Origin: an uncultured archaeon
GTDB taxonomy: Archaea; Nanobdellota; Nanobdellia; Woesearchaeales; CAIVOO01
DNA length: 64,000 nt
Reading direction: 5' to 3'
NCBI GenBank assembly: GCA_903904885.1
Contig: CAIVED010000044.1
Span: 5,579 to 69,578, forward strand
Part shown: positions 55,133-64,000 of the stretch, one piece after another
Position numbering within the stretch: the stretch's first letter is position 1
Layout: each line of letters begins with the position of its first letter
Notes under the pieces: model-generated
What the model saw: only the letters and a program-made list of their open reading frames with translations
Told to the model about the DNA's origin: nothing
The model's database searches: none
Made by a program: the position numbers and the translations under genes

Positions 55133-55875
55133 AAACGAAAATAATAGCAACCATCGGCCCTTCAAGCAGAAGCGAGAGCATCCTGAGGCAGATGGTGAAT
55201 GCAGGAATGGGCATCGCAAGGATAAACACCAAGTATGCCTCCATTGGTGAGATAGCAGACATAACCCAAAAGCTCGGGAAGATAGGGAAATGCCGGATTC
55301 TCATGGACATCAAGGATGAAAAAACAGTCAGTTTCCTGAAAAAATGCAAATTTGACTACCTTGCGGTCTCATTTTCAGAATCAGCCGAGCAGCTCAGGAA
55401 GATAAGGAAGCTCTTTTCCCCTTTGAAAATAAAAATAATTGCAAAGATAGAAACAAAAAAGGGAGTTAGGAACATTGACAGCATAATCAAAGAGAGCGAC
55501 GGGGTCATGGTTGCCAGGGGGGATTTGGGGAGGAACGTGCCGTTTGAAAAGGTGCCGATTTTCCAGAAGCTCATAATAAAGCGCTGCAGGAAAAAGGGCA
55601 AGCTGGCAATAACCGCAACTGAGATGCTTCTTTCAATGACAAAATCCCAGCTTCCTGAGCGGTCAGAAACAAGTGATGTTGCAAATGCCGTCCTTGACGG
55701 CTCTGACGCCCTGATGCTTTCAGAGGAGACAGCCATAGGAAAATATCCTGTTCTTGCGGTCCAGACAATGCGAAAAATCACTGCAGAGACAGAGAAAGGC
55801 CAGAAGCTTCTTGAGCTGGAGAGCATCTATCCTGAAAGGTACAAGCTTTCAAAATACTGCTCAGCCAGAATTTAG
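55129..55875 (+). CDS. Pyruvate-kinase-like barrel protein lacking the B domain and the C-terminal domain.
   Basis: KIIATIGPSSRSESILRQMVNAGMGIARIN, KIIAKIETKKGVRNIDSIIKESDGVMVARGDLG, ITATEMLLSMTKSQLPERSETSDVANAVLDGSDALMLSEETAIGKYP. Only 248 aa. Confidence 0.55.
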   Translation: MKTKIIATIGPSSRSESILRQMVNAGMGIARINTKYASIGEIADITQKLGKIGKCRILMDIKDEKTVSFLKKCKFDYLAVSFSESAEQLRKIRKLFSPLKIKIIAKIETKKGVRNIDSIIKESDGVMVARGDLGRNVPFEKVPIFQKLIIKRCRKKGKLAITATEMLLSMTKSQLPERSETSDVANAVLDGSDALMLSEETAIGKYPVLAVQTMRKITAETEKGQKLLELESIYPERYKLSKYCSARI

Positions 55876-56162
55876 GATTTCTTTTTTACAAACAGCGAGC
55901 ACCAGCATTCACCTTTGTCCTGCCAGGTTTTCTGCATCCTGAAATTGCAGGGGCAGATTATCTTGATGTCATCATCAAACCTTCCTGTTGTGATTCTGCA
56001 CGGGCAGAACTTTAGCCCGTGGTTTTCCTCGTTGTCCAGAACTCCCTTTGCCAGCTGCTCAACCCTTTTCATGTCCGGATTGAGAAAGAATTTGTCATCA
56101 GTTTGCAGGCCGGCAAAATCCTGCCAGATTTTAACTAATTTATCTATTTCTTCTTTGCCCAT
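55872..56162 (-). CDS. Ferredoxin:thioredoxin-reductase catalytic-subunit-like protein (FTRc).
   Basis: CPCR...CPC...CWC spacing typical of the FtrB catalytic subunit. Confidence 0.55.
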   Translation of the reverse strand: MGKEEIDKLVKIWQDFAGLQTDDKFFLNPDMKRVEQLAKGVLDNEENHGLKFCPCRITTGRFDDDIKIICPCNFRMQKTWQDKGECWCSLFVKKKS

Positions 56163-56425
56163 TTTTTAAGGTCCTCATAGCTTGCTTCCCCGCAGAATGC
56201 CCGATTGTTTTCCTCGTCAAGGAAAGTCGGGACTCCAAGCTCGCCGCCGCAGGATTTTTTTATCAGGTCTTCATGTTTGCGCATTTTGTCAGCGTTTTCC
56301 TTGCTGTGCCATACTTCAAGCTTTTCGATTTCTACGCCCGCTTCTTTTATCAGCCTGTCTGCCAGGGGCATCATTATATGGCAGTGGGGGCACTCCTTTC
56401 CGTGAAACATTATTATTTTTGTCAT
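56144..56425 (-). CDS. Glutaredoxin/NrdH-like thioredoxin-fold protein.
   Basis: MTKIIMFHGKECPHCH (CPxC active site). ~90 aa. Confidence 0.6.
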   Translation of the reverse strand: MTKIIMFHGKECPHCHIMMPLADRLIKEAGVEIEKLEVWHSKENADKMRKHEDLIKKSCGGELGVPTFLDEENNRAFCGEASYEDLKKWAKKK

Positions 56426-56679
56426 AGCCCGATTATTTTCCTGAACTCCTTCTCGTTTATTTCAACATAGGAATTGACGTGCTCGCAGGTGGGGCACGGG
56501 GAGGGGAATCCTGTTCCGATATGAATGTCGTTGCAAACATTGCATCTCCAGAACTTCATTTTCCCGGGATTCTTCAGGGAATTTTCAACGTCCGCCTTTG
56601 TTGCCGGGACAAATCCCTTTGGGCAGCCGGCTCCGAAATGAATCCCGCCTGCGCTGCCTTTGAAAATTGTTTTGTTCAT
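56422..56679 (-). CDS. Rubredoxin-like zinc/iron-ribbon protein.
   Basis: CNVC...CPTC pair with rubredoxin-like spacing. Confidence 0.45.
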   Translation of the reverse strand: MNKTIFKGSAGGIHFGAGCPKGFVPATKADVENSLKNPGKMKFWRCNVCNDIHIGTGFPSPCPTCEHVNSYVEINEKEFRKIIGL

Positions 56680-56765
56680 GCTGTTTTAAATCATTATTTT
56701 TTTATAAACCTTTCTTATTGGCCTTTTTCATAATCTTTAAATACCCCCTGTCAGGACGTTCTGCC

Positions 56766-58559
56766 ATGAAAAACAAACTTGCTGTCTTATTGTTCATAGT
56801 GCTAGTTTCATTTCCCATTGTTTTAGCCAGAAGCGGCTCTGTGAAGCTTCTTGCGGTTACAGAGGGCGGGAACAACACCTATGGCGGCAGCGTTGTTGAC
56901 ATGCGCCTGGAGATAAAGGAAGGAACAGGCCGGGTTTTCATTGATTCCTTCCCGCTGACAAAACTGGATACGCAGATAACCACAAGAACCGCAAGGCAGA
57001 TTGCCTGCGATTATGTTGGGGACGGCTGCGATTCCTATGATTTCTTTTATACCATAAATTCCTCTGCTGTAATTGTCGGGGGGCCGAGCGCAGGGGCTGC
57101 AACAACAGCGCTGACAGTTGCTGTTCTCCAGAACCTGAAGATAAATGATTCCGTTGCCATAACAGGCACAATAAATTCGGGAAACATAGTCGGCACCATC
57201 GGAGGGCTCAGCGAAAAAATCAAGGCTGCCTCTGATGCGGGCGTGAAAACAGTTCTTGTTCCATTCGGGGAGACTGTCAAGGAAAATAACAAGACAATAT
57301 CCCTTGTTGACTACGGCAGGGGCCTTAACTTGAGCATAGTTGAGGTCTCAACGCTTGAGGATGTTATGGAACGCCTGACCGGAGTGAAAAGAAAGGCGCC
57401 TGAAAGGAATTTTTCAATAAGCCCTGTTTACATTTCAACAATGAGGAATGTTGCAGAAGCGCTGTGCAACAGGAGCGCTGCCATAATGATAAACATGCTT
57501 CATGAGAATTTCCAGAATGGCAATGTGCTTGACAATGAATCCCTGGGACTGGAGCAGGATTCAAGCAATCTCACTGAAAAGGCAAAGGATGCGATGAAAA
57601 AGGGGGCCTATTACAGCGCCGCCAGCTACTGCTACGGCTCTGGCCTGAAAAACACTCAGATGCTTCTCATTGAGCAGAATCTTTCTGCCGCAAAAATGAA
57701 TCGGACAATGCTGAATATTTCCAGGCAGGTTGAAGATTACCGCAAATCAGTGGACAAATGGAAAATAGGCACAATAACAGACCTTGAGGCATACATGATA
57801 GTCAATGAGCGGCTGTCTGAAGCTGAGGACAACATCGCTGATTTTTACAGTGCAATGAAAAAGAATGGCACAGAAGAATTGGTTCTGGACCTTGCCAGCG
57901 CAATTTCAAGGCTAAACAGCGCAAAGTCCTGGTCTGAATTCTACGGCAGGGGCGGCGTTCCAATAAAGATCGATGCTGAGGCGCTGAAAAATTCCTGCGA
58001 GCAGAAGCTTTCGGAGGCAGAGGAGCGCTATCAGTATGTTAATTTTTATTTCCCCGGCATTTTGTCTGACATAAACGGGGACATCAGCAAGGCAATGCTG
58101 AATTTCAAGTCACAAAATTATGCCATGTGCCTTTTTTTGGCAACAAAGGCAAAGGCTGACGTTGATTCCGTTGCAAGCTCAATGGGAGTTGAGTCTGCGG
58201 GAGTGGATTTGCTTATAGACCAAAGGTTGAATGTCTCTAAAAACGTTATTGCGGAGCAGAATGCAAAGGGGATGTTCCCGATTTTAGGATACAGCTATTA
58301 TGAGTATGCAATCGATTTGATGCAGGGAAATGAAACAGGCAGCAAGGCAACAGCTTTGATTTACACCGGCTATTCGCTTGAGATGAGCAAGCTGGACATC
58401 TATTTCAGGGAATACAAGTCCGGCTTCAAAATAAATACCGGCAGCCTGAGGTACGCTTTCATATTCCTTGCGGGATTTGTATTTGGGGTTTTTGTGTATG
58501 ACTGGGTTGTGAAGCTGAGAAGGAAAAATGAAATTCCCAGGCGCAGAAATAAAAAATGA
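56766..58559 (+). CDS. Secreted S16 (Lon-protease-like) serine-peptidase-domain protein with a C-terminal TM anchor.
   Basis: Signal peptide. GGPSAGAATTALTVAVL (catalytic Ser region) and TGTINSGNIVGTIGGLSEKIKAASDAGVKTVLVP (Lys region). Anchor YAFIFLAGFVFGVFVY. Confidence 0.6.
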   Translation: MKNKLAVLLFIVLVSFPIVLARSGSVKLLAVTEGGNNTYGGSVVDMRLEIKEGTGRVFIDSFPLTKLDTQITTRTARQIACDYVGDGCDSYDFFYTINSSAVIVGGPSAGAATTALTVAVLQNLKINDSVAITGTINSGNIVGTIGGLSEKIKAASDAGVKTVLVPFGETVKENNKTISLVDYGRGLNLSIVEVSTLEDVMERLTGVKRKAPERNFSISPVYISTMRNVAEALCNRSAAIMINMLHENFQNGNVLDNESLGLEQDSSNLTEKAKDAMKKGAYYSAASYCYGSGLKNTQMLLIEQNLSAAKMNRTMLNISRQVEDYRKSVDKWKIGTITDLEAYMIVNERLSEAEDNIADFYSAMKKNGTEELVLDLASAISRLNSAKSWSEFYGRGGVPIKIDAEALKNSCEQKLSEAEERYQYVNFYFPGILSDINGDISKAMLNFKSQNYAMCLFLATKAKADVDSVASSMGVESAGVDLLIDQRLNVSKNVIAEQNAKGMFPILGYSYYEYAIDLMQGNETGSKATALIYTGYSLEMSKLDIYFREYKSGFKINTGSLRYAFIFLAGFVFGVFVYDWVVKLRRKNEIPRRRNKK

Positions 58560-58582
58560 CTAATTTTTTGTTAAAATAAAAT

Positions 58583-58730
58583 CCCGTTTTCTGGGCAATT
58601 CTTAATTCAGATTGCTACTCTCGATGTTTGCCTTGATTGCCAGAATTGCCTAACTTTTCTCGCTGCGCTCAAAAAGTAATATCTTATTTCTTGCATGGCA
58701 CTCAGGCAGAGGAAGCCTGCGGAAGGACAA
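58583..58730 (+). repeat. Intergenic repeat family, copy C (partial/divergent), with mini-ORF MALRQRKPAEGQCL (58695..58739) running into the downstream TATA box.
   Basis: Shares cccgttttctgggca, gccttgattgccag and tttcttgcatggcactcaggcaga(a/g)gaagc with copies A and B. Confidence 0.6.
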
Positions 58731-58779
58731 TGTTTATAAAGCGCGGTTGCTCTTTATTGCTCAGGTTTGGGGGGTGTGA

Positions 58780-61143
58780 ATGGCGGGTAAACAGGGAAAC
58801 TTAAAGTGGGTATTCCTTATTTTTCTGGCTTTGGCACTGGTTTCCATAGCGGCCATAGCGCTTAATGAGTCCGATAATAACACAGATAATTTTAGTGTTG
58901 ACCTGAATGACAGTTTGGTTTTAGGCAACAGTTCAAACGAGACAGTTCTTAACTTAACAAATAGTAGCGAAATAGTTGCGGGTAATGCCACTAATGATTC
59001 CGTGGTGAGTAGTGAGACAAACCAAACTGAAGTAACCATTCCTGAGGCAAATGCTATTGTGCCTTCTAGTTGTGTTCCTGATGTTTCTTTCTCTTCGGAA
59101 GATCTTGAGAAGAAGGGGGATACCGCCACATTTGGGAAGGATGGCATTTCCATTGTTCTTAGGGGCGCTGGTTCTTCAAGTGTTAAGTTTCCTGAGTTTA
59201 AAAATAACATTTTTACGGTTGATGTTGTGGTTGCCAATGCTACAATTAGCATTCCCCGCTGCGGGGCTTCTTCGGTGATGATTCAGCCGAGGCTTTATGT
59301 GCGGGAGAATGGGAAAGATTTTGTTTTGGCCAGGCCTCGTTGTTCCGGTTCTTTTTGCTTTAATGATGTTAAGGTTACGGCTACTAGTTATGTTTTTAGT
59401 GTTGAGCATTTTAGTGATTATTATGTTAATGATTCCGGGGGGAATTTTTCTTCTGTTGAGGCCTGTTTTGATGCTATAAACAATACTGCGGATAGGTGTG
59501 TTTTGGCGGTTTCTAATTACTCCGAGACTTTTTCTTCTTCAAAAAATTATTATTTTTCTGTTTCTGCTTTGTCGTTGAATGACCAGGAGAATATCACCTT
59601 GGATTTTAGTAGTTCCGTGATGGTTCTGCCTTCGGGTGTTTATTTTGCTGATGCTACGGCTGGCAATAATGTTTTGAAAAATGTTGAGGTTAGTGGTGGT
59701 AATGGGTTTTATACAAATGCAGGTTCAGGTTCCAAGGAGAATTTGACATTTTCAGGAATAAGTGTTCATGATTGTAATTGGGGGGTTTTCAGCGATTCAA
59801 CGTCTGCGGGTCATATCTGGGTTAGCGATAGCGAATTTAACTGCTCTGAGTATAACATTAACCCTTATACACAGCTTACTCTGGTGAATGTTACCAGCAG
59901 GATTGGGAATGTAACTTCCTGGGGGGGCTCGTACATTGATGGCCTAAAACTTTATGATGGTTCTGTCCTTGTTCTTACTAATTATAATGGTTTCCCAATA
60001 GACAACCTTACAATAAAGAATACTAATTTTACAGGTTCAACCTTTGTGATTGCTGTTCCTTCAGTCAGTAACTTCACACTGGCTGACAGCTTTTTTGATG
60101 GGATAACAGCAGCTCATGCGATAAGTTTAACCAGCTACAATGATGAGGGTTATGGTATTTGGTATAATTTTGAAAATATTGTTATAGAGAATAATACGTT
60201 CCGTAACTGCGGAGCGTTGTCGTTTTCAGACCATTATCTTGTTGGTGATTCTGCCTATGGCTACGGAGGCAATAGTTTCAATGGTGCTCCGCCCATGCTG
60301 TTAAACTCAGGCCTTTCATCGTACATAGTAATAGATCAGAATGGCAAGGATGTTACAGACAAGGTTACTGGACAGAACAATTTTTCGCTATGGTTGATAA
60401 ATCTCCCTGCGTTAGGGGTGTCCAATGCTTCTTTGTATGTTGAGCAGCCTAATGGCATGAGTTGTGCGGATGTTGCAGCTTATTATGGTGGAACTTGTTA
60501 TCTTGATGAGCAGGACTTCCTGCAAGCTAATGGTCCGGGACAGGACTATTCTGTTAAGAACGTAACCGGCTTGTCTATTATTCAGGGAGCAGACCCTGCA
60601 TTCCTGAATTACAACAACCAAACCAGCTATGATTCAACGCCAATCTTCCTTTTCAATACGAGCAATGTTAACATCACGGGCAATATGTTTGTCAATAATT
60701 CTGCACCTGTGGTGATTAATGGGACTGGTACGAATTTGTGGCTTAATCATTTTCTGGATTTTTCTCCTGTTAACTTCTCGGAGTACAATGCTTGTGTAAA
60801 TGGTTCAGGTAATTATTATGCGGATGGTTTGGCTCCTTTGGCTGGTGATTGCTCTGCGAGTATTGATGTTTTTAATCTGTCAAGGCTTTACGGCAGTTCG
60901 CTTTACAGCGTTTTTGAGTTCATGGTTAAGACTTTCAGCAATGATTCTGTTTCGTGGCTTTTTGCTCCTGGTGCCGGCCAAGATAATGTAACTTCTGGTC
61001 TTGGTTTGCCTCTGAATTCCGGCGAGACTGTTTTTGTTTATGTTGAGAAGAATTATACCTCTGTAGGAAATTATACTGTGGTGGCCTATGCCAATGGTAG
61101 TTCAGGGAGCGACCAGGAAAGCGTCGGGGTTGAGGTAGGATGA
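58780..61143 (+). CDS. Secreted parallel beta-helix (pectate-lyase-fold) repeat protein, Asn-sequon-rich.
   Basis: Signal peptide. Repeated ~22-aa N.T/G..F...S...I. units (NNVLKNVEVSGGNGFYTN..., NLTIKNTNFTGSTFVIAV..., NIVIENNTFRNCG...). Confidence 0.5.
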   Translation: MAGKQGNLKWVFLIFLALALVSIAAIALNESDNNTDNFSVDLNDSLVLGNSSNETVLNLTNSSEIVAGNATNDSVVSSETNQTEVTIPEANAIVPSSCVPDVSFSSEDLEKKGDTATFGKDGISIVLRGAGSSSVKFPEFKNNIFTVDVVVANATISIPRCGASSVMIQPRLYVRENGKDFVLARPRCSGSFCFNDVKVTATSYVFSVEHFSDYYVNDSGGNFSSVEACFDAINNTADRCVLAVSNYSETFSSSKNYYFSVSALSLNDQENITLDFSSSVMVLPSGVYFADATAGNNVLKNVEVSGGNGFYTNAGSGSKENLTFSGISVHDCNWGVFSDSTSAGHIWVSDSEFNCSEYNINPYTQLTLVNVTSRIGNVTSWGGSYIDGLKLYDGSVLVLTNYNGFPIDNLTIKNTNFTGSTFVIAVPSVSNFTLADSFFDGITAAHAISLTSYNDEGYGIWYNFENIVIENNTFRNCGALSFSDHYLVGDSAYGYGGNSFNGAPPMLLNSGLSSYIVIDQNGKDVTDKVTGQNNFSLWLINLPALGVSNASLYVEQPNGMSCADVAAYYGGTCYLDEQDFLQANGPGQDYSVKNVTGLSIIQGADPAFLNYNNQTSYDSTPIFLFNTSNVNITGNMFVNNSAPVVINGTGTNLWLNHFLDFSPVNFSEYNACVNGSGNYYADGLAPLAGDCSASIDVFNLSRLYGSSLYSVFEFMVKTFSNDSVSWLFAPGAGQDNVTSGLGLPLNSGETVFVYVEKNYTSVGNYTVVAYANGSSGSDQESVGVEVG

Positions 61144-62294
61144 ATAAGGCCGCGTTTTGGGTTTTGGTGTTTTTAGCTAGTTTTGCGGTGGTTAGCGCTG
61201 TGAGTATTGTTTATACTGATGATTATGTGACGAATTCAACAACAAGTGATGGGATTGTGTATATTGGGGGTCATATGAATGTTAGTTTGACAGGTGTCGA
61301 GGCTGGAACAGATACTGTTTGCTGGGATTGGAATGGGGATAACATTTATACTGTTTGTTTTGCTGAGAATCAGACAAAGCTTAGTAACTGCATTACTGCT
61401 TTTCCTGATGTTGGGAAAATTTGTACAACCTATGGTTGTGGCAATACTGGGTTGAATAATCCCCAGGTTATGCAGACTGTGGATGAATATGGAGATGGAG
61501 CAGGTGATGGTTATGTGAATGTCAGATATTACAAAAACTGCAATCTTGCTGCGAAAATAGCTATTAATGCCTCTCCTGCATGGTGTGTTATGATCCAGCC
61601 TAGGCAGTATCGGTGCATTGGCAATACAAGTTATTCTGATAGTGGGCATTACCGCCACTGGTTTACAAGAGCGGACCTTTGGCAAACCTTTTATTCTAAT
61701 TTAAGTTGTCCTGTCGGGCAGTTTTGCAACAGGAGCCTTGATGAAGTTTATGCTCAGTATTCTTATTCAGGCACGGTTGCTCCTTCTCCTCCTTGCTCTT
61801 CAAGCTGCGGGAATAACATATGTGAGCAGTGGGAAAATGCTTCAACCTGTCTTGTTGATTGCAGGCCTTTTTTTAATATAACTAAAGTTAGTATTGTCAA
61901 AGCCGGGACTTTCTGCAGGGGGCAGAATGTGACTTTTAGGGTAAACGGGACAAATCTGGGTTACAGCGGTATTTCCTATGTTGGTGGGGCTTTGAAGTAT
62001 CCTAATGGCTCGTTTTGCAATACGGAGTTCAAGGGCATTAATCTTACATCCGGTCAGAATGGAAGTGTATATCTTAACTGGACAGTTCCAGTGAATGTTA
62101 CTGCTGGAAAGTATTATTTTAATACTGCATGCTCATGGAACAATTGCACGAGCAAGGGGATAACAAACGGCTGCTATAATGATGGTGGGTGCAATGGCAG
62201 CCAGTCAACATACATAATATCAACAGTAAGCTATGATGTAATTGCATGCCCTAAAATAAACGTAACACCCGGATATCTGGTGTATGAGATATGA
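61140..62294 (+). CDS. Secreted Cys-rich protein of unknown function.
   Basis: Signal peptide, about 30 Cys. Overlaps the upstream stop (ATGA). Confidence 0.4.
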   Translation: MNKAAFWVLVFLASFAVVSAVSIVYTDDYVTNSTTSDGIVYIGGHMNVSLTGVEAGTDTVCWDWNGDNIYTVCFAENQTKLSNCITAFPDVGKICTTYGCGNTGLNNPQVMQTVDEYGDGAGDGYVNVRYYKNCNLAAKIAINASPAWCVMIQPRQYRCIGNTSYSDSGHYRHWFTRADLWQTFYSNLSCPVGQFCNRSLDEVYAQYSYSGTVAPSPPCSSSCGNNICEQWENASTCLVDCRPFFNITKVSIVKAGTFCRGQNVTFRVNGTNLGYSGISYVGGALKYPNGSFCNTEFKGINLTSGQNGSVYLNWTVPVNVTAGKYYFNTACSWNNCTSKGITNGCYNDGGCNGSQSTYIISTVSYDVIACPKINVTPGYLVYEI

Positions 62295-62310
62295 GCAGAG
62301 GTAAAGAAAA

Positions 62311-63033
62311 ATGAAAAAAATAATATTAATCTTAACAATGATGGTTGCTTTAACATTTATTATTGGTTGCAATCAGAAAATAGAGCAGCCCAAAGAATTA
62401 CCGCAGGAGGACGGGTTTCTAGTCAAGAATTTCGATGGAACATACAATTTAAGCTTTGATGATGTAGAAGAAGTTGTGGTGGAGTTATATGCTGAACTTC
62501 CTACGTATCTACCAGTATACGCAAAATTTGAAGTGATTAAATATAACAAAGAGTATTTAATTAGGGATATCAGGTTGGAACAATACATTAAAGAGGAATA
62601 TAACACAAGCAATAAGATTTTAAATTCTAGTTATATAAACGATATGAACCGAGGGTTAAATAATCTAAATTTCAGTGAGTATGCCGCAGTCTGTGATGAA
62701 GACTCTGAGAAAGCTTCGGATAAATATTTTCTTGAAAAAATATTCATAAAGGGTATGAAAAATGGAAAAGAGAAAAATTTAACACTAGAATCTTATTCCG
62801 TATGTTATGGTTTTTTTCCATGGAATATTTTCTATGATAAATACATTTTTACAAACTTTGGCAATATTATCCCAAACACGATAATAAAAGTTATCGATAT
62901 TGCCGTTCCAGACATTAGAGAACGAGATAGAAGCTATATCACAATGTATTCCTGGAATGGAAAAGAAAAAGTAGAATTTAATGAATCAAATATCTACTTT
63001 ATAAACAAAGAAAAGACGTGGAGTAGTGAATAA
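62311..63033 (+). CDS. Lipoprotein, AT-rich gene.
   Basis: Lipobox IIGC. Confidence 0.4.
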   Translation: MKKIILILTMMVALTFIIGCNQKIEQPKELPQEDGFLVKNFDGTYNLSFDDVEEVVVELYAELPTYLPVYAKFEVIKYNKEYLIRDIRLEQYIKEEYNTSNKILNSSYINDMNRGLNNLNFSEYAAVCDEDSEKASDKYFLEKIFIKGMKNGKEKNLTLESYSVCYGFFPWNIFYDKYIFTNFGNIIPNTIIKVIDIAVPDIRERDRSYITMYSWNGKEKVEFNESNIYFINKEKTWSSE

Positions 63034-63052
63034 AAATTATGTTAATCATATC

Positions 63053-64000
63053 ATGAGCAAGCTAATAAAATTTAGGAGTGTGTATCTTACTTTAATAATG
63101 TTTATCTTATTATCTTGTATAGCTTTAGCTAGCCCCCAAATTACAGTCAATCAATCATTTGTTAAACTTAAAGAATATTCCTCAGAGTCAGATAGTTTTA
63201 TTATATATGCAAATAATTTTAACCCAAATGAGAATATAACACTTAAAATCACAATTGATGGCAATGATATAGTAAATGATTTAGGTAATATTTTCTTCAC
63301 TATATATACTGATGCGAATGGGAGCGGACAAGCTACATTTAAACCAAAGTTAGATTCTTATGCTGGAAGAGTTAATATTAATATAACTTCTCCAGCAGAG
63401 TATTCTAAGTATTCACTGAGAACCAAAGACACGGATGAATCGGCAGGATTAACAATAGAAAGAGTCAAAAGGCAATCAAGAACTGTTAACGGACATGCTG
63501 TTAATTTTGATTTATATTACACCAATCAAAGCATAGAATATGTTAACAATACTTATGGGCAAGGTGATCTTGTTGATGTAAATGAAATATTGATTGCAGC
63601 TGCAGACTCTTATGTTCAACAAGCAGGAACTTGGGGGTTTAACAAACATCTTGGAACAGATTATGACCCGGACAATACCATACAAATTTATGCTAATGAT
63701 GGTAAACATTATTATCATAAAGAAGCCCTCTATAAAGGGATTTTCTTACAAGGGTACCCTGGAACTTTACAAAACTCCTATCAGAGAATAATTAATAACT
63801 ACCCCTTGAATTTAAAATATCAAAATTATTATGTTAGTGAAGCGGTTCATGTTGGCCATGAACATTTTCATTTTATAGAGTATTCTTATAGTAGTCAGAA
63901 AGACATACCTAAGTGGGATTATGTCAAAGGGGGTTGGTATTTTGAGGGCATGGCAAGGTTTATTGAAACGATAATTGACCCTTCAGGAACTAATCAGCCA
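63053..64000 (+). CDS. Secreted protein, partial (runs off the window end), with an HExxH (HEHFH) zinc-metallopeptidase-like motif.
   Basis: Signal peptide LTLIMFILLSCIALA. ...EAVHVGHEHFHFIEY.... No stop before 64000. Confidence 0.4.
   Translation, partial: MSKLIKFRSVYLTLIMFILLSCIALASPQITVNQSFVKLKEYSSESDSFIIYANNFNPNENITLKITIDGNDIVNDLGNIFFTIYTDANGSGQATFKPKLDSYAGRVNINITSPAEYSKYSLRTKDTDESAGLTIERVKRQSRTVNGHAVNFDLYYTNQSIEYVNNTYGQGDLVDVNEILIAAADSYVQQAGTWGFNKHLGTDYDPDNTIQIYANDGKHYYHKEALYKGIFLQGYPGTLQNSYQRIINNYPLNLKYQNYYVSEAVHVGHEHFHFIEYSYSSQKDIPKWDYVKGGWYFEGMARFIETIIDPSGTNQP

Noticed and set aside
1-64000. CRISPR arrays, integrases, transposases, rRNA
   Set aside because: No regularly spaced short direct repeats, no Tyr-recombinase (R..H..R..Y) or DDE-transposase-like ORFs, and no rRNA-like conserved stretches were seen.

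Overview
Archaeal chromosomal segment. Evidence for archaeal origin: BRE/TATA promoters (AAAnCTTTATAAA-type) placed about 25 nt upstream of leaderless start codons; an intron-containing tRNA-Leu without encoded CCA; an RNase P RNA and a 7S/SRP RNA; and an archaeal ribosomal-protein/RNA-polymerase-subunit operon (S13-S4-S11-RpoD/Rpo3-tRNA-L18e-L13-S9-RpoN). The gene content looks like a small-genome (DPANN-like) archaeon: bacterial-type LeuRS, a lone gyrA, Sec61beta, NAC-alpha, ScpB, MinD-like ATPase, many RNA methyltransferases, and numerous secreted or membrane proteins rich in N-glycosylation sequons. Housekeeping genes dominate. Features that are not routine: (1) the LeuRS gene carries an in-frame ~160-aa insertion with a perfect Nudix box; (2) two single genes are flanked by direct repeats that duplicate the end of a neighbouring gene (the 3' end of RNase P RNA, and the 5' end of a U32 peptidase gene; the second duplication creates a translationally coupled uORF); (3) a ~150-175-nt intergenic repeat family occurs in three copies, each carrying a conserved 13-15-codon mini-ORF; (4) a HerA-like ATPase sits with a small unknown partner while a NurA-like nuclease is stand-alone about 12 kb away; (5) a UvrD-type helicase carries an internal nuclease-like insert; (6) a type IA topoisomerase is immediately followed by a pentapeptide-repeat (Qnr/MfpA-like) protein; (7) a rubredoxin / glutaredoxin-like / FTR-catalytic-subunit thiol-redox trio; (8) a minimal pyruvate-kinase-like protein lacks the B and C domains. 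No CRISPR array, no integrase or transposase and no rRNA were seen. All calls are from reading the sequence and translations by eye; no searches were run.
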